Assembly (NCBI GenBank): GCA_022844125.1
Contig: JALHMI010000019.1
Location: 40,359-104,358 of the forward strand
From: Pirellulales bacterium
GTDB taxonomy: Bacteria; Planctomycetota; Planctomycetia; Pirellulales; PALSA-1355
Length of the DNA stretch: 64,000 bases
Direction: 5' to 3'
Numbering within the stretch: the stretch's first letter is position 1; every line of letters starts with the position of its first letter. Positions 20,253 through 29,693 of this stretch are shown piece by piece. Both the position numbers and the translations under genes were made by a program. Below the pieces are notes generated by a model, which had not been told where the DNA came from, did no database searches, and saw only the letters and a program-made list of their open reading frames with translations.

Positions 20253-21065
20253 ATGCGCGGCATGGAAGCACTGGCCGGCAAAGTGATCGTGATCAGCGGG
20301 GCCTCGAGCGGAATCGGCCGAGCCCTGGCGCTTGAGCTCGCGCAACAGAAACCGCGGCTGGTGCTGGCCGCGCGGACGCCAGAGCGACTGGAGGAAACGG
20401 CCACGCTGTGCCGCAGCCGGGGCGCCGAAGCGCTGGTCGTGCCGACGGACGTCACCTCGGCTGAAGCGTGCAGCATGCTGATCGATGCGGCGGCCAAGCA
20501 GTTCGGTGCGATCGACGTCCTCGTGAACAACGCCGGCGCCGCGATGTGGGCTCGTTTCGACGAGTTGCCAGACGCAAGGCGACTGGAAGAGTTGATGCAG
20601 CTCAACTACCTGGGAAGCGTCTATCCGACGCACGCTGCCCTGCCCCACCTGAAGCGTACGCGCGGACTGATCGTGGCGATCGCCAGCATCTCGGGGCTGA
20701 TCAGCCCGCCGCTCCTCTCGGGCTACGCCGCCAGCAAGCACGCCGTGATCGGGTTTTTTGCATCGCTGCGGATCGAACTGCAGGCCAGCGGCGTGGGCGT
20801 GACGATCGTAGCGCCGGACTTCGTGCAGTCCGAAATCCTGTCGCTGGCGACCGGCGCCGACGGAAAGTCACTCGGCAACAGTCCGCTCGATCAGTCGAAA
20901 CTGCTCTCGGCCGAGAAGTGCGCCAAGAAGATCGTGCGCGGGATCGAGCGGCGCAAGCGGCTCGTGCTCACCAGCGAGCGTTCGGCCTGGGCACGATGGG
21001 GGATGCTTTTGGCCCCGAAACTGGTGGACCGGATCGCAGCCAGGATCGTGGGTTTCCGCGGATAG
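20253..21065 (+). CDS. short-chain dehydrogenase/reductase (SDR)
   Basis: 270 aa. Cofactor motif VISGASSGIGRA, NNAG, and catalytic S...YAASKHAV (YxxxK). Starts 10 nt after the decarboxylase stop, so probably the same operon. Confidence 0.9.
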   Translation: MRGMEALAGKVIVISGASSGIGRALALELAQQKPRLVLAARTPERLEETATLCRSRGAEALVVPTDVTSAEACSMLIDAAAKQFGAIDVLVNNAGAAMWARFDELPDARRLEELMQLNYLGSVYPTHAALPHLKRTRGLIVAIASISGLISPPLLSGYAASKHAVIGFFASLRIELQASGVGVTIVAPDFVQSEILSLATGADGKSLGNSPLDQSKLLSAEKCAKKIVRGIERRKRLVLTSERSAWARWGMLLAPKLVDRIAARIVGFRG

Positions 21066-21153
21066 TGGAATCGCTATTGGGGCTCGCCGCTGGCTGCCGC
21101 TAAGATTCGCGCTTCCACCGGCCATCCCAACTGCTAGCACCCGCGAGATCCCC

Positions 21154-22206
21154 GTGAAGAAGCTGACGAGCCCCGGATCGCAACCTCGAATTCTGATCGT
21201 ACGTTTGAGCGCCATCGGCGACGTGCTGCATGGAATGCCCGTGCTGTGTGCGCTGCGCGAGGCGCTGCCGCAGGCGTTCATCGGCTGGGTGGTCGAAGGC
21301 GTTTCGGCGCAACTGCTCAAACATCATCCCGCGCTCGACGAGCTGATCCCCGTGCCGCGCAAGTGGCTGAAGTCGCCCAAGACAGTACTCGGTCTGCGAA
21401 AAAAGCTCCGCTCGCTGAACTTTGACGTCGCGATCGACATGCAGGGGCTGACCAAGAGTGCCGTCGCGGCGAGGCTGTCCGGAGCCCGCGTGCGGATCGG
21501 TTATAGCGGCGTCGACGGGCGCGAACTGAGCATGTGGCTGAACAACAAGCTGGTGGAACCGACCGGCAAGCACGTGATCGATCGCAACCTGGAACTGCTG
21601 CGGCCAATGGGGATCAACAATCCCACGGTTCAGTACCGCCTGGAAGATGCGCCCCAGGATCTGGCCACTGCCGAGCGAATGCTCGCGGAGTTGCGGCTGG
21701 CGGAGCGTTATGCGGTGATCAATCCCGGGGCTGGCTGGCCGAGCAAGGTCTGGCCCGCGGCACGCTATGGCGAAGTGGCGAAGTTCCTTGGACAGCAGCA
21801 CGGCGTCCGGTCGCTGGTCGTCTGGGCCGGCGATCAGGAAAGGGCCTGGGCCGAGCAGATCGTCGCAGGATCGGGCGGTCACGGCGTCATCGCGCCAAAG
21901 ACTTCGCTCCGCGAACTGGCGGCCCTGTCGCGCAAGGCCGTCATGTTTGTGGGATCGGACACGGGTCCGCTGCACCTGGCCGTGGCGGTCGGCACGCCCA
22001 GCGTGGGGATGTTCGGTCCAATGCCGGCCGAGCGGAACGGACCGTATGGGCCGCTGCACATCCCCGTGCAGAAAGTGTGTCTCACGGGCAGCAGCCGCGA
22101 GAAACGATCGGCCGGGCCGGAGTCGATGGAAGCGATCAGCGTGGCGGACTGCTGCGCGGCGTGCGAGAAGATTTTGGACCGGCGGGAGCTGCGGAAGACG
22201 GCGTAG
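21154..22206 (+). CDS. glycosyltransferase family 9 (heptosyltransferase-like)
   Basis: 350 aa from GTG 21154. GT9 blocks ILIVRLSAIGDVLHGMPVLCALR, INPGAGWPSKVWP, FVGSDTGPLHLAVAVGTP. Confidence 0.85.
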   Translation: MKKLTSPGSQPRILIVRLSAIGDVLHGMPVLCALREALPQAFIGWVVEGVSAQLLKHHPALDELIPVPRKWLKSPKTVLGLRKKLRSLNFDVAIDMQGLTKSAVAARLSGARVRIGYSGVDGRELSMWLNNKLVEPTGKHVIDRNLELLRPMGINNPTVQYRLEDAPQDLATAERMLAELRLAERYAVINPGAGWPSKVWPAARYGEVAKFLGQQHGVRSLVVWAGDQERAWAEQIVAGSGGHGVIAPKTSLRELAALSRKAVMFVGSDTGPLHLAVAVGTPSVGMFGPMPAERNGPYGPLHIPVQKVCLTGSSREKRSAGPESMEAISVADCCAACEKILDRRELRKTA

Positions 22207-22223
22207 AAAACAATCGCAGCGAG

Positions 22224-22260
22224 CACAGGTGAGCCGCTGGCGCGGCCACCTGCGGCACCC
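22224..22260. repeat. REP-like element, inverted orientation, between convergent GT9 and DUF4254 genes
   Basis: CACAGGTGAGCCGCTGGCGCGGCCACCTGCGGCACCC. Its reverse complement differs from the 3428 copy only at one stem position and in the loop. Confidence 0.85.
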
Positions 22261-22287
22261 AACCCACTCCTATTTCCAACAAGCACG

Positions 22288-22896
22288 CTACTGCTTCAGC
22301 TGCTTGCCGTAGAGATACGGATTCATCGACGGGTCGTTGTACATCTTGAACTGGAAGTAAACCTTCAGCCGCTTGCGGCCGGCGAAGATGTCGTCCAGCA
22401 GTTCCTCGAGCGAGTTTGACAGGTCGCGATGCTGCTCGTTCACCACGGCTAGCCGCGTGCGAGCCTTCTCGCGGTGCTCTTCGCTGGCGTCGCTCCGGTC
22501 GATCTGCTCCTGCATGTGGTACTGGCGGAGCGACAGGATCGACAGCCGGTCAATCGCACTGCCGGGAGTCTCCGTGTTCTGGCGAGCACCGCTCGGGGGC
22601 TCGATCTTTTCGGCCGCCAGCATTTGCAGGAAAAACGCGTCCAGCTTTTCAATGCCGTCGTTGCGCTGCTGGTTGTAGCGGTCGATCGCCCGTTTCACCT
22701 GGGCGATGCGGTCGTCGCCCACGTCGGGACTGCGGGCGATGTCCTCTTCGTGCCAAAGCAGGTAGTTGAACGAATGCTGCTGGCAGACCAGGTGCAGCAG
22801 GCCGTCGTAAGGATTGGCCACGTCCTCGGTGTGCCACAGGGCCACGGTGCGCGCGTGCAGGTCGGTGATCTCGGGAACGTTAATCCGGGGTGGCAT
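22288..22896 (-). CDS. DUF4254-domain protein
   Basis: Conserved block HSFNYLLWHEEDIARSP...RIAQVKRAIDRYNQQRND as I remember DUF4254. ATG 22896 (MPPRINV) is preferred over TTG 22917. Convergent with the GT9 gene. Confidence 0.6.
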   Translation of the reverse strand: MPPRINVPEITDLHARTVALWHTEDVANPYDGLLHLVCQQHSFNYLLWHEEDIARSPDVGDDRIAQVKRAIDRYNQQRNDGIEKLDAFFLQMLAAEKIEPPSGARQNTETPGSAIDRLSILSLRQYHMQEQIDRSDASEEHREKARTRLAVVNEQHRDLSNSLEELLDDIFAGRKRLKVYFQFKMYNDPSMNPYLYGKQLKQ

Positions 22897-23037
22897 CGGC
22901 GGCTCGGCAGGTTTCAAAGTTGCGAAGAATTCCAGCAGCGCGGACGATTCTATCGCACCGGAGGCAATGCCAACAACCGCGGTTCGCGGGACGTCGATGC
23001 CTCACTGATCTAGGCCCCCCGCGGTCGGCGACCTAGA

Positions 23038-24066
23038 ATGAAAAGCATGACCGCCGCCGCTCCTACCCAACACGCTGCGAAGTCGACCGGCCAGAACGCG
23101 CTCCTGGCCGCGGTCGTGATCGGCGGTGCGGTCGTGATGGGATACTTGCTGTTATTTTACGACGGCGCACCGGCGGCCCCCGCCGCGGCGATACCCAGCC
23201 GGCTGGACCTGGAAGATATTCCGTTCGACGGCCAGCGGGCGTTTGATTACCTGGAGCAGATTTGCGCGATTGGTCCGCGCGTGAGCGGTTCGCCCGGCAT
23301 GGCCCAGCAGCAGAAGCTGCTGACCGATCATTTCGAAAAGCTGGGCGCGAACGTCCGCCGGCAGGAGTTCCGCGTGCGCGATCCACTCACCGGTCAGCCC
23401 GTCTCGATGGCAAACCTGATTGTCGAGTGGCATCCGGAGCGGAAAGAACGGATCCTGCTTTGCACCCATTACGACACGCGGCCCTTCCCGGATCGCGACA
23501 AGCGTAACCCGCGCGGCACGTTCGTCGGCGCCAATGATGGCGGCAGCGGCACGGCGCTGCTCATGGAGCTGGCCCACCAGATGCGCGACCTGCCGGGCGA
23601 GCTTGGCGTCGACTTTGTGCTGTTCGACGGCGAGGAGTACGTGTTCCAGGAGGGACATCCTTACTTCATCGGCTCGGAGTGGTTCGCCTCGGAGTATGCC
23701 AGCGGCAAGCCGCCCTACCACTATCGTTGGGGAATCCTGCTCGACATGGTCGGCGACGCGAACCTGCAAATCTATCCGGACACGCACAGCATGAAGTGGC
23801 CCGACACACGGCCGCTGGTCAAGCAGGTCTGGGACACCGCCAAGCGCCTGGGCGTCAGCGAGTTTTCGATGCAACGCCGCTGGGACGTGCTGGACGATCA
23901 TATCCGGCTGCACGACATCGGCGGCATCTCGTGCATCGACATCATCGATTTCCACTATCCCTACTGGCACACCGAGCAGGACGTGCCGGAAAAATGTTCG
24001 GCCCTGTCGCTGGCTAAGGTAGGCTGGGTGGTGCAAGAATGGCTCCAGGGCGCCGTGAAGAAGTGA
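23038..24066 (+). CDS. M28-family peptidase / glutaminyl-peptide cyclotransferase-like protein
   Basis: 342 aa with an N-terminal TM/signal anchor. Metal-ligand blocks LLCTHYDTRPF, GANDGGSGTALLMELA, VLFDGEEY, LLDMVGD and a late H (WHTEQD). Confidence 0.8.
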   Translation: MKSMTAAAPTQHAAKSTGQNALLAAVVIGGAVVMGYLLLFYDGAPAAPAAAIPSRLDLEDIPFDGQRAFDYLEQICAIGPRVSGSPGMAQQQKLLTDHFEKLGANVRRQEFRVRDPLTGQPVSMANLIVEWHPERKERILLCTHYDTRPFPDRDKRNPRGTFVGANDGGSGTALLMELAHQMRDLPGELGVDFVLFDGEEYVFQEGHPYFIGSEWFASEYASGKPPYHYRWGILLDMVGDANLQIYPDTHSMKWPDTRPLVKQVWDTAKRLGVSEFSMQRRWDVLDDHIRLHDIGGISCIDIIDFHYPYWHTEQDVPEKCSALSLAKVGWVVQEWLQGAVKK

Positions 24067-24122
24067 CCGGCCGGGATGTCTGGCGCTGGTGACCGCAGCC
24101 GAAGTCGTGAGTTGAAACGAGC

Positions 24123-24773
24123 ATGGATACCTTCTCCGCCTGCATCGCCTTCGGCCCCCTGGCGATTTACCTGTTCCTGCTGGGGCTCGTGAATCTCTCA
24201 AGGCGGCCGCTCGTCATCAACGGCACGCGCGAAACGCTCTCGCTGGGCCTGGCGCTCGCGGGACTCGTAATTGTCGGGCCCATGCAACTCTTCATGCCAC
24301 AGGAAGCCGCCGTGCGGTTCGGCCAGCTTATCTGGCTGCTGCTTGTCGGATTCTATGTCCTCTCGGTGACGCTGCTCATCCTGCTGAGCCGGCCGAGACT
24401 GATCGTCTACAACATCTCGCCCGATGAGTTGCGGATGGCCCTGGATGCGGCCGCACGTCGGGTCGATCCGGACGCCGCCTGGACGAGCACCGCGCTGAGC
24501 CTGCCGACCTCGCGCGTGCACTTGCACATTGAACCGTTTCCGCCGCTGGGGAATATCGCCTTGCTGGCAACCGGCGATGACCAGAGCATTGGCGGTTGGC
24601 GGCGGCTGGAGTATGCCCTGCGCGATACGCTCCGCGAGACAACCGTCACGCCCGGAGCCTACGGCCTGTGGATGTTGCTCATCGGCGCGATGATGCTTGC
24701 GGGGCTCACATTCTGGGTCGTCGACGATCCGCAAACGATCGCCCAGGGGCTGGAGCGGATGCTCAGTCCTTAG
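24123..24773 (+). CDS. hypothetical integral membrane protein
   Basis: 216-aa ORF with four hydrophobic helices (two at the N-terminus, one central, one at the C-terminus). No recognised domain. Confidence 0.6.
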   Translation: MDTFSACIAFGPLAIYLFLLGLVNLSRRPLVINGTRETLSLGLALAGLVIVGPMQLFMPQEAAVRFGQLIWLLLVGFYVLSVTLLILLSRPRLIVYNISPDELRMALDAAARRVDPDAAWTSTALSLPTSRVHLHIEPFPPLGNIALLATGDDQSIGGWRRLEYALRDTLRETTVTPGAYGLWMLLIGAMMLAGLTFWVVDDPQTIAQGLERMLSP

Positions 24774-25134
24774 TGGCTTCGCGCGCGCGGCGTTTCTTCT
24801 CTTGCCGCTCGGCGCGAGCTCGCTGCTGTTCGTCGGGCGACATTAGCTCGAAGCGAATGCGGTAAGCCTGATGCCCGGCGGCAAGCTGTTCGGCATAAAG
24901 CGAGTTGAGCTCCGCCCGAAGTTTCTCGGCCGATTCGAAGCCGTCGGGCACGGCATCTGCGTCGCTCAGCTCATCGACTTCGATCGGCTCGATCGAGAGC
25001 ACGCGAATGTAGCCCGCGCCGGGGATGTAGCTCCGCTGGCCAGTGCGCATCCGGCAGTGATTCCAGAGCCGGATGGTCTGAGTCTTTTCGCCCGAGCGGA
25101 TGGCGTCCATGAACTTCTTTTTGAAGAGCAGCAT
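24763..25134 (-). CDS. ASCH-domain protein
   Basis: Start ATG 25134. MLLFKKKFMDAIRSGEKTQTIRLW... fits the ASCH/PUA-like N-terminal pattern, followed by a Lys/Arg/Glu-rich tail. The ORF-track start at 25299 is rejected. Confidence 0.65.
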   Translation of the reverse strand: MLLFKKKFMDAIRSGEKTQTIRLWNHCRMRTGQRSYIPGAGYIRVLSIEPIEVDELSDADAVPDGFESAEKLRAELNSLYAEQLAAGHQAYRIRFELMSPDEQQRARAERQEKKRRAREATKD

Positions 25135-25162
25135 GGCGGATTCGGTGCGGAAAGGCGGTGGG

Positions 25163-27139
25163 CTACGGCTTGGGTTTCTCGGCAGCGGGCGTTCGGTCGA
25201 TCCAGGCGGCGAGCGCCACGGCAAGTTGCGGCACCGCGGCCGGATGTTCCGCCAGCATCGGGCTCGCTGAACGCAGACAACCTTGGGCCCGTTCGGCATA
25301 CTCAGGCTTGTTAAGTGCCTCGGCCAGATACAGCAAATTGGCGGCGGCGACCGAACTGCCGGCCGGCGTCACACCATCGAGCTGCATCTTGCTGCGGGCG
25401 AAAAGTTCTTCGTGACGGCTGGAAGTGTAGAAGAATCCGCCGGTCTGCTCGTCCGCAAAGAGTGTGACCTGCTGGTCCATGAGTTTGGCGGCAGCAGCGA
25501 GCCACTTCTGGTCGCCCGTCGCACGATGCAGCGCGATCAGCCCGTCGACGAGGAATGCGTAGTCGTCCAGGTAGCCGGGAATTTTGGCTTCGCCGCCGGC
25601 GTAGGTTCGCAAGAGCTGGCCATCGCCGTCTTGGAGCTTGGCGAGCACGAAGTCGGCGGCCTTGGCAGCGGCCTCGGTGTACTCGGGCCGCTTCAGCACG
25701 CGTCCGGCTTCGGCCAGTCCGGCGATCATCAAGCCATTCCAGCCGGTGAGAATCTTGGTGTCGGTCAACGGTCGCTCGCGCTTGTTCCGCATCTCGAGCA
25801 GTTTCTGGCGGATCGGCTTGAGCTTCGCGTTGAGGTCTTCTTCGGTGAGGTTTCGCGATTTGGCGATCTCAGCCAGGGGCGCCTTGAGCAGCGGAATGTA
25901 GCGGCCTTCGAAGTTCGGCTCGCCCTCAAGGCCGTAAACGCTGGCGAAGAGTTGGAACTCCTGAGGCGTTAGCGCTTGTTCGACTTCCTTGCGATCCCAG
26001 ACGTAAAAGTGCCCCTCCTTACCGTCGGTTTCGGCGTCGAGCGCCGAGTAGTACGCCCCGCCTTCGTCGCGCATTTCGCGATTTGCGAATTCGATGATCT
26101 CCTCCGCCGCGAACCGATACTCGTCGCGCGGGTCGAGTTCGTAGGCCAGCGCATAGACGCGCAGGAGCTGGCCATTGTCGTAGAGCATCTTCTCGAAATG
26201 CGGCACGCGCCAAAAGCGGTCGGTGCTGTAGCGATGGAACCCACCGCCAACGTGATCGCGAATGCCACCCTGAGCGACCTTGCTCAGCGTAAGTGACAGC
26301 ATCCGGGCCGAGGCATCGGCGCGCGGCTTGTCGACCTTGCCGTCGCGACCGCGGCGAATCGTTTCCAGCAGCAGCCGCAGATTCGGCGGCTCAGGAAACT
26401 TCGCCTGTCGGGGATTCTCCGGATTGAAACCGAATCCGCCATACTCGCTGTCGAACTGCGCGGCCAGCGCGTCGGTCGCGCCGCCGAACAACCGCTCATC
26501 GAGCTTCACGACGCGCAGGATCGGCTGCTGCCGGAGGCTTTCGTTCACATAGCCGGCCAGCGCGTCGCCCGTCTTCTGCCATTTGGCCGGATCGGCGTTC
26601 CAGGCTTCGAGCACCCGGTCAAGCACGGTGGAGAACCCAAGCATGCCGTCTTTGTCTTGCGGCGGAAAGTAAGTGCCGCCCATCAGGGGTTTGGCGTCGG
26701 GCGTGAGAAACATTGACAGGGGCCAACCGCCCCCCTGCTTCGAGCCAACGAGTTGCAGGTACGCGTGCAGGGCCTGCATATAGATTTCGTCGATGTCGGG
26801 CCGTTCCTCGCGATCGACCTTGATGCAGACGAAGTTTTCATTGAGTTTCTTCGCGATGTCGTCGTTCATGAACGACTCGCGCTCCATCACGTGGCACCAG
26901 TAGCAACTCGAATAGCCAATCGAGAGGAAGATCGGTTTCTTCTCGCGCTTGGCACGCTCGAGTGCTTCGGGTCCCCAGGGATACCAGTCGACCGGATTGT
27001 GCGCGTGCAACAGCAGATAGGGGCTGGTCTCTTTGGCCAGTCGATTCGTGTACGCCGGTTTGTCTTCAGCGGCGCCGTGCGAGATCAAACCAAAGATCGC
27101 GACCAGGAGAACGACTGCGAGGCGAATGGATCGAGTCAC
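25163..27139 (-). CDS. thioredoxin-domain protein of the DUF255/YyaL (SSP411-like) family
   Basis: 658 aa from GTG 27139 with a signal peptide. Hallmark N-terminal block [52 protein letters not shown], then a six-hairpin-glycosidase-like C-terminal part. Confidence 0.9.
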   Translation of the reverse strand: MTRSIRLAVVLLVAIFGLISHGAAEDKPAYTNRLAKETSPYLLLHAHNPVDWYPWGPEALERAKREKKPIFLSIGYSSCYWCHVMERESFMNDDIAKKLNENFVCIKVDREERPDIDEIYMQALHAYLQLVGSKQGGGWPLSMFLTPDAKPLMGGTYFPPQDKDGMLGFSTVLDRVLEAWNADPAKWQKTGDALAGYVNESLRQQPILRVVKLDERLFGGATDALAAQFDSEYGGFGFNPENPRQAKFPEPPNLRLLLETIRRGRDGKVDKPRADASARMLSLTLSKVAQGGIRDHVGGGFHRYSTDRFWRVPHFEKMLYDNGQLLRVYALAYELDPRDEYRFAAEEIIEFANREMRDEGGAYYSALDAETDGKEGHFYVWDRKEVEQALTPQEFQLFASVYGLEGEPNFEGRYIPLLKAPLAEIAKSRNLTEEDLNAKLKPIRQKLLEMRNKRERPLTDTKILTGWNGLMIAGLAEAGRVLKRPEYTEAAAKAADFVLAKLQDGDGQLLRTYAGGEAKIPGYLDDYAFLVDGLIALHRATGDQKWLAAAAKLMDQQVTLFADEQTGGFFYTSSRHEELFARSKMQLDGVTPAGSSVAAANLLYLAEALNKPEYAERAQGCLRSASPMLAEHPAAVPQLAVALAAWIDRTPAAEKPKP

Positions 27140-27168
27140 CGGTGCATCCCTTCGAGAGGTGAATGAAA

Positions 27169-27633
27169 CTAGTCGCGCGGCCCGGGCTGAACGCGTGAAC
27201 TGGGGCGCGGCGTGTGGCCGGCGTCGAAGCGGAGCGACTCACCCTTCGAGTCCCCGCTTGAGTCGTGGCCCGCCGATTCTATCGTCGGACCGGCGGGGGA
27301 CCAATCGCCGGCGGCACTCTCGCTGCTCGCCGCGGCCGGCGGCTGGTAATCGGCCAGCAGCGTGATGCAGCCCACCGTGAGCCGCTCGCCCGGTTCGAGC
27401 AGCACGGCCTCTTCAGCCAGGCGCAACTCGCCCACGAACGTGCCGTTCAGCGAACCGAGATCGCGGACCATCAGCCGGCCTTCGGCCTCGAAGATTTCGC
27501 AGTGCTGCCGGCTGACCAGCGGATGGAAGAGCGTAATGTCGGTGGTGCGGCTGCGGCCGACGATGGCAGGCAGATGCAGTTCGATCTGCCGCGTCTGCTC
27601 TTCGCCGCCGATGACTCTGAGTTTCGCTTGCAC
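27169..27633 (-). CDS. FHA-domain protein
   Basis: GTG 27633 with GGAG 6 nt upstream gives [12 protein letters not shown].... FHA signature [24 protein letters not shown]...[11 protein letters not shown]. Low-complexity Ser/Pro tail. The start is uncertain (GTG 27645 is also in frame). Confidence 0.75.
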   Translation of the reverse strand: MQAKLRVIGGEEQTRQIELHLPAIVGRSRTTDITLFHPLVSRQHCEIFEAEGRLMVRDLGSLNGTFVGELRLAEEAVLLEPGERLTVGCITLLADYQPPAAASSESAAGDWSPAGPTIESAGHDSSGDSKGESLRFDAGHTPRPSSRVQPGPRD

Positions 27634-27912
27634 GTGACGCTCCACTGACCGCGAGCGCTCGTGCGCTCGCCCAAACGGCAGTTGGCCCCGCGCGGCTCCC
27701 GCTCCCCTCACCTTGATCGCGCCCCGATTATAAGTTCGCGGCGGGTGAATCGCCAACGTGGAACGGACATGCGACTTGGGGGCTGAAACGAGCAGTATTC
27801 TCAGGTTCTGCGAGCCGGCCCGCGGCCGACTCGCCTGTTCGAGCCGCGGCAGGAGCCCTACAATGGCGCGCAGCGATGCCCGTTTCTCGATCGATTTCCC
27901 GCGGAATATCCC

Positions 27913-27957
27913 CTGTCTTCGGATAATTAACACACTCTGTCTTCGGATAATTAACAC
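27913..27957. repeat. two perfect 21-bp direct repeats (CTGTCTTCGGATAATTAACAC) with 24-bp period, abutting the hpt start
   Basis: Copies at 27913-27933 and 27937-27957, separated by ACT. AT-rich relative to the surroundings. End 1 nt before GTG 27959. Confidence 0.9.
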
Positions 27958-27958
27958 T

Positions 27959-28525
27959 GTGAAGCAGCTCTTGAGTGAAGCGCAACTGCGGGCCGGCGTG
28001 GCCCGGTTGGCTGCGGAGATTCGCCGCGACTATGCCGGCGGCTCGCTGACGATTCTGGGCGTGCTGACCGGCAGCCTGGTGGTCGTGGCCGATCTGATCC
28101 GCGAGCTCGACATGCCCATGCGGCTGGGCGTCATCCAGACGCGCAGTTACCGGGGCGCCGATACGCGGCCGGGTCAGCTCGAAATCAACTGCGCGATGTT
28201 GCCCGAGATTCGTGGGCGCGACGTGCTGCTGGTCGACGACATCTTCGACACCGGGCGGACGCTGTCCGCGCTGCTGGTTGAGATGCAAAAGCATGACCCG
28301 AACTCGATTCGTTCGGCGGTGCTGTTGCGCAAGGAGGGACGCCAGGAAGTCGAGATGCGGCCGGACTACATCGGCTTCACCATTCCGGATGCGTTCGTGG
28401 TGGGCTACGGACTCGACTATCAGGATGCTCACCGCAACCTGCCCTACCTCGCCGAGCTCGAAGATGAAGACTTGCAGGCCGCGGCCGAGCTGGCAGCCAC
28501 GGCACGCAGCGGGGCGGCGAAATGA
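27959..28525 (+). CDS. hpt: hypoxanthine(-guanine) phosphoribosyltransferase
   Basis: Collinear with E. coli Hpt from LLSEAQLRAGVARLAAEIRRDY. PRPP motif DVLLVDDIFDTGRTL and FVVGYGLDYQDAHRNLPY. GTG 27959 is the first start matching the family N-terminus. An upstream ATG at 27863 with AGGAG would add 32 aa running through the AT-rich repeats. Confidence 0.85.
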   Translation: MKQLLSEAQLRAGVARLAAEIRRDYAGGSLTILGVLTGSLVVVADLIRELDMPMRLGVIQTRSYRGADTRPGQLEINCAMLPEIRGRDVLLVDDIFDTGRTLSALLVEMQKHDPNSIRSAVLLRKEGRQEVEMRPDYIGFTIPDAFVVGYGLDYQDAHRNLPYLAELEDEDLQAAAELAATARSGAAK

Positions 28526-29622
28526 CGCGGCGCGTGTTGCACGTGATCTCCACGCTCACGCGCGGCGGAGCCGAGAAACAGCTTGCGCTGTTGGCCGCAC
28601 GCTTGCCCCGCGATGAGTTCGACGTGCACGTGTGCGCGATCTCGCGCGGCGGGCCGCTGGAAGAAGAGCTGCGCGCTGCGGGAATTCCCACCACGGTGAT
28701 CGGCAAGCAGTGGAAGTACGATCCCCTGGCGTGGTGGCAGCTCCGCCGGCACATTGCGCGGCTCAAGCCCGACCTGGTGCAAACCTGGATGTTTACGGCC
28801 AACGCTTATGGCCGCACCGCGGCGCGCTGGGCCGGGGTGAAGCATATCGTGGCCAGCGAGCGCTGCGTCGACTCCTGGAAAGGCGGGCTGCAACTGGCGA
28901 TCGATCGCAGACTCGCGCGGAAGACCGAGGCGATCATCGCCAACAGCCGCGGCGTGAAGGAGTTCTATGTCGCCAGTGGAGTCCCGGCCGAGAAGCTGGT
29001 CGTCATCGAAAACGGAATCCTGCCCGCTGCGCCGAGCGACATCACGCACGACCAGCTATGCGACGAGTTGGGCATCCCGCGCGGTGTACACCTGGTCGGC
29101 GCGGTCGGACGGTTGTGGCATCAGAAGCGGATCAAAGATTTGATCTGGGCGGCGGATCTCCTCAAAGTGATTCGCGCCGACGTGCACCTGCTGATCATTG
29201 GCGAGGGCCCGCTGCGGGAGAGTCTGGAAGAGTTTCGCGACGCCTGCCAGATTCAGGACAAGGTGCACTTTCTGGGAGTGCGGAACGATGTGATGCGGCT
29301 GATGCCGCATTTCGCCCTGCTCTGGCTGGCCAGCGACTACGAGGGGCTGCCAAACGTCGTGATGGAGGCAATGTCGGCCGGCGTGCCCGTCGTGGCCACC
29401 GACATTCCCGGCACGCGCGACCTGGTGATCCACGGCGAAACCGGGTTTCTCACTTCCGTTGGAGATCGGGCCAACCTGGCCCGATTTGCCCACAAGCTGC
29501 TGGAGGATCCGGCGATGCGAACCAGGTTCGGCGCGGCGGGGCGCGAGCGGGTGGAGATCGAGTTCAGCGTCCAGCGGATGGTCGCGGCTCACGCCGAGCT
29601 ATACCGACGGCTGCTGGGCTGA
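28522..29622 (+). CDS. glycosyltransferase family 4 (GT-B, RfaG-like)
   Basis: 366 aa. N-terminal VLHVISTLTRGGAEKQ. EX7E region SDYEGLPNVVMEAMSAGVPVVATD. ATG overlaps the hpt stop (ATGA). Confidence 0.85.
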   Translation: MTRRVLHVISTLTRGGAEKQLALLAARLPRDEFDVHVCAISRGGPLEEELRAAGIPTTVIGKQWKYDPLAWWQLRRHIARLKPDLVQTWMFTANAYGRTAARWAGVKHIVASERCVDSWKGGLQLAIDRRLARKTEAIIANSRGVKEFYVASGVPAEKLVVIENGILPAAPSDITHDQLCDELGIPRGVHLVGAVGRLWHQKRIKDLIWAADLLKVIRADVHLLIIGEGPLRESLEEFRDACQIQDKVHFLGVRNDVMRLMPHFALLWLASDYEGLPNVVMEAMSAGVPVVATDIPGTRDLVIHGETGFLTSVGDRANLARFAHKLLEDPAMRTRFGAAGRERVEIEFSVQRMVAAHAELYRRLLG

Positions 29623-29693
29623 GATAATTGGTGGCGTACACTTCAGAGAGTCTCGAAGTGCCTATCCGCCCCCTCGTCATTTCAAGAGCAGCC

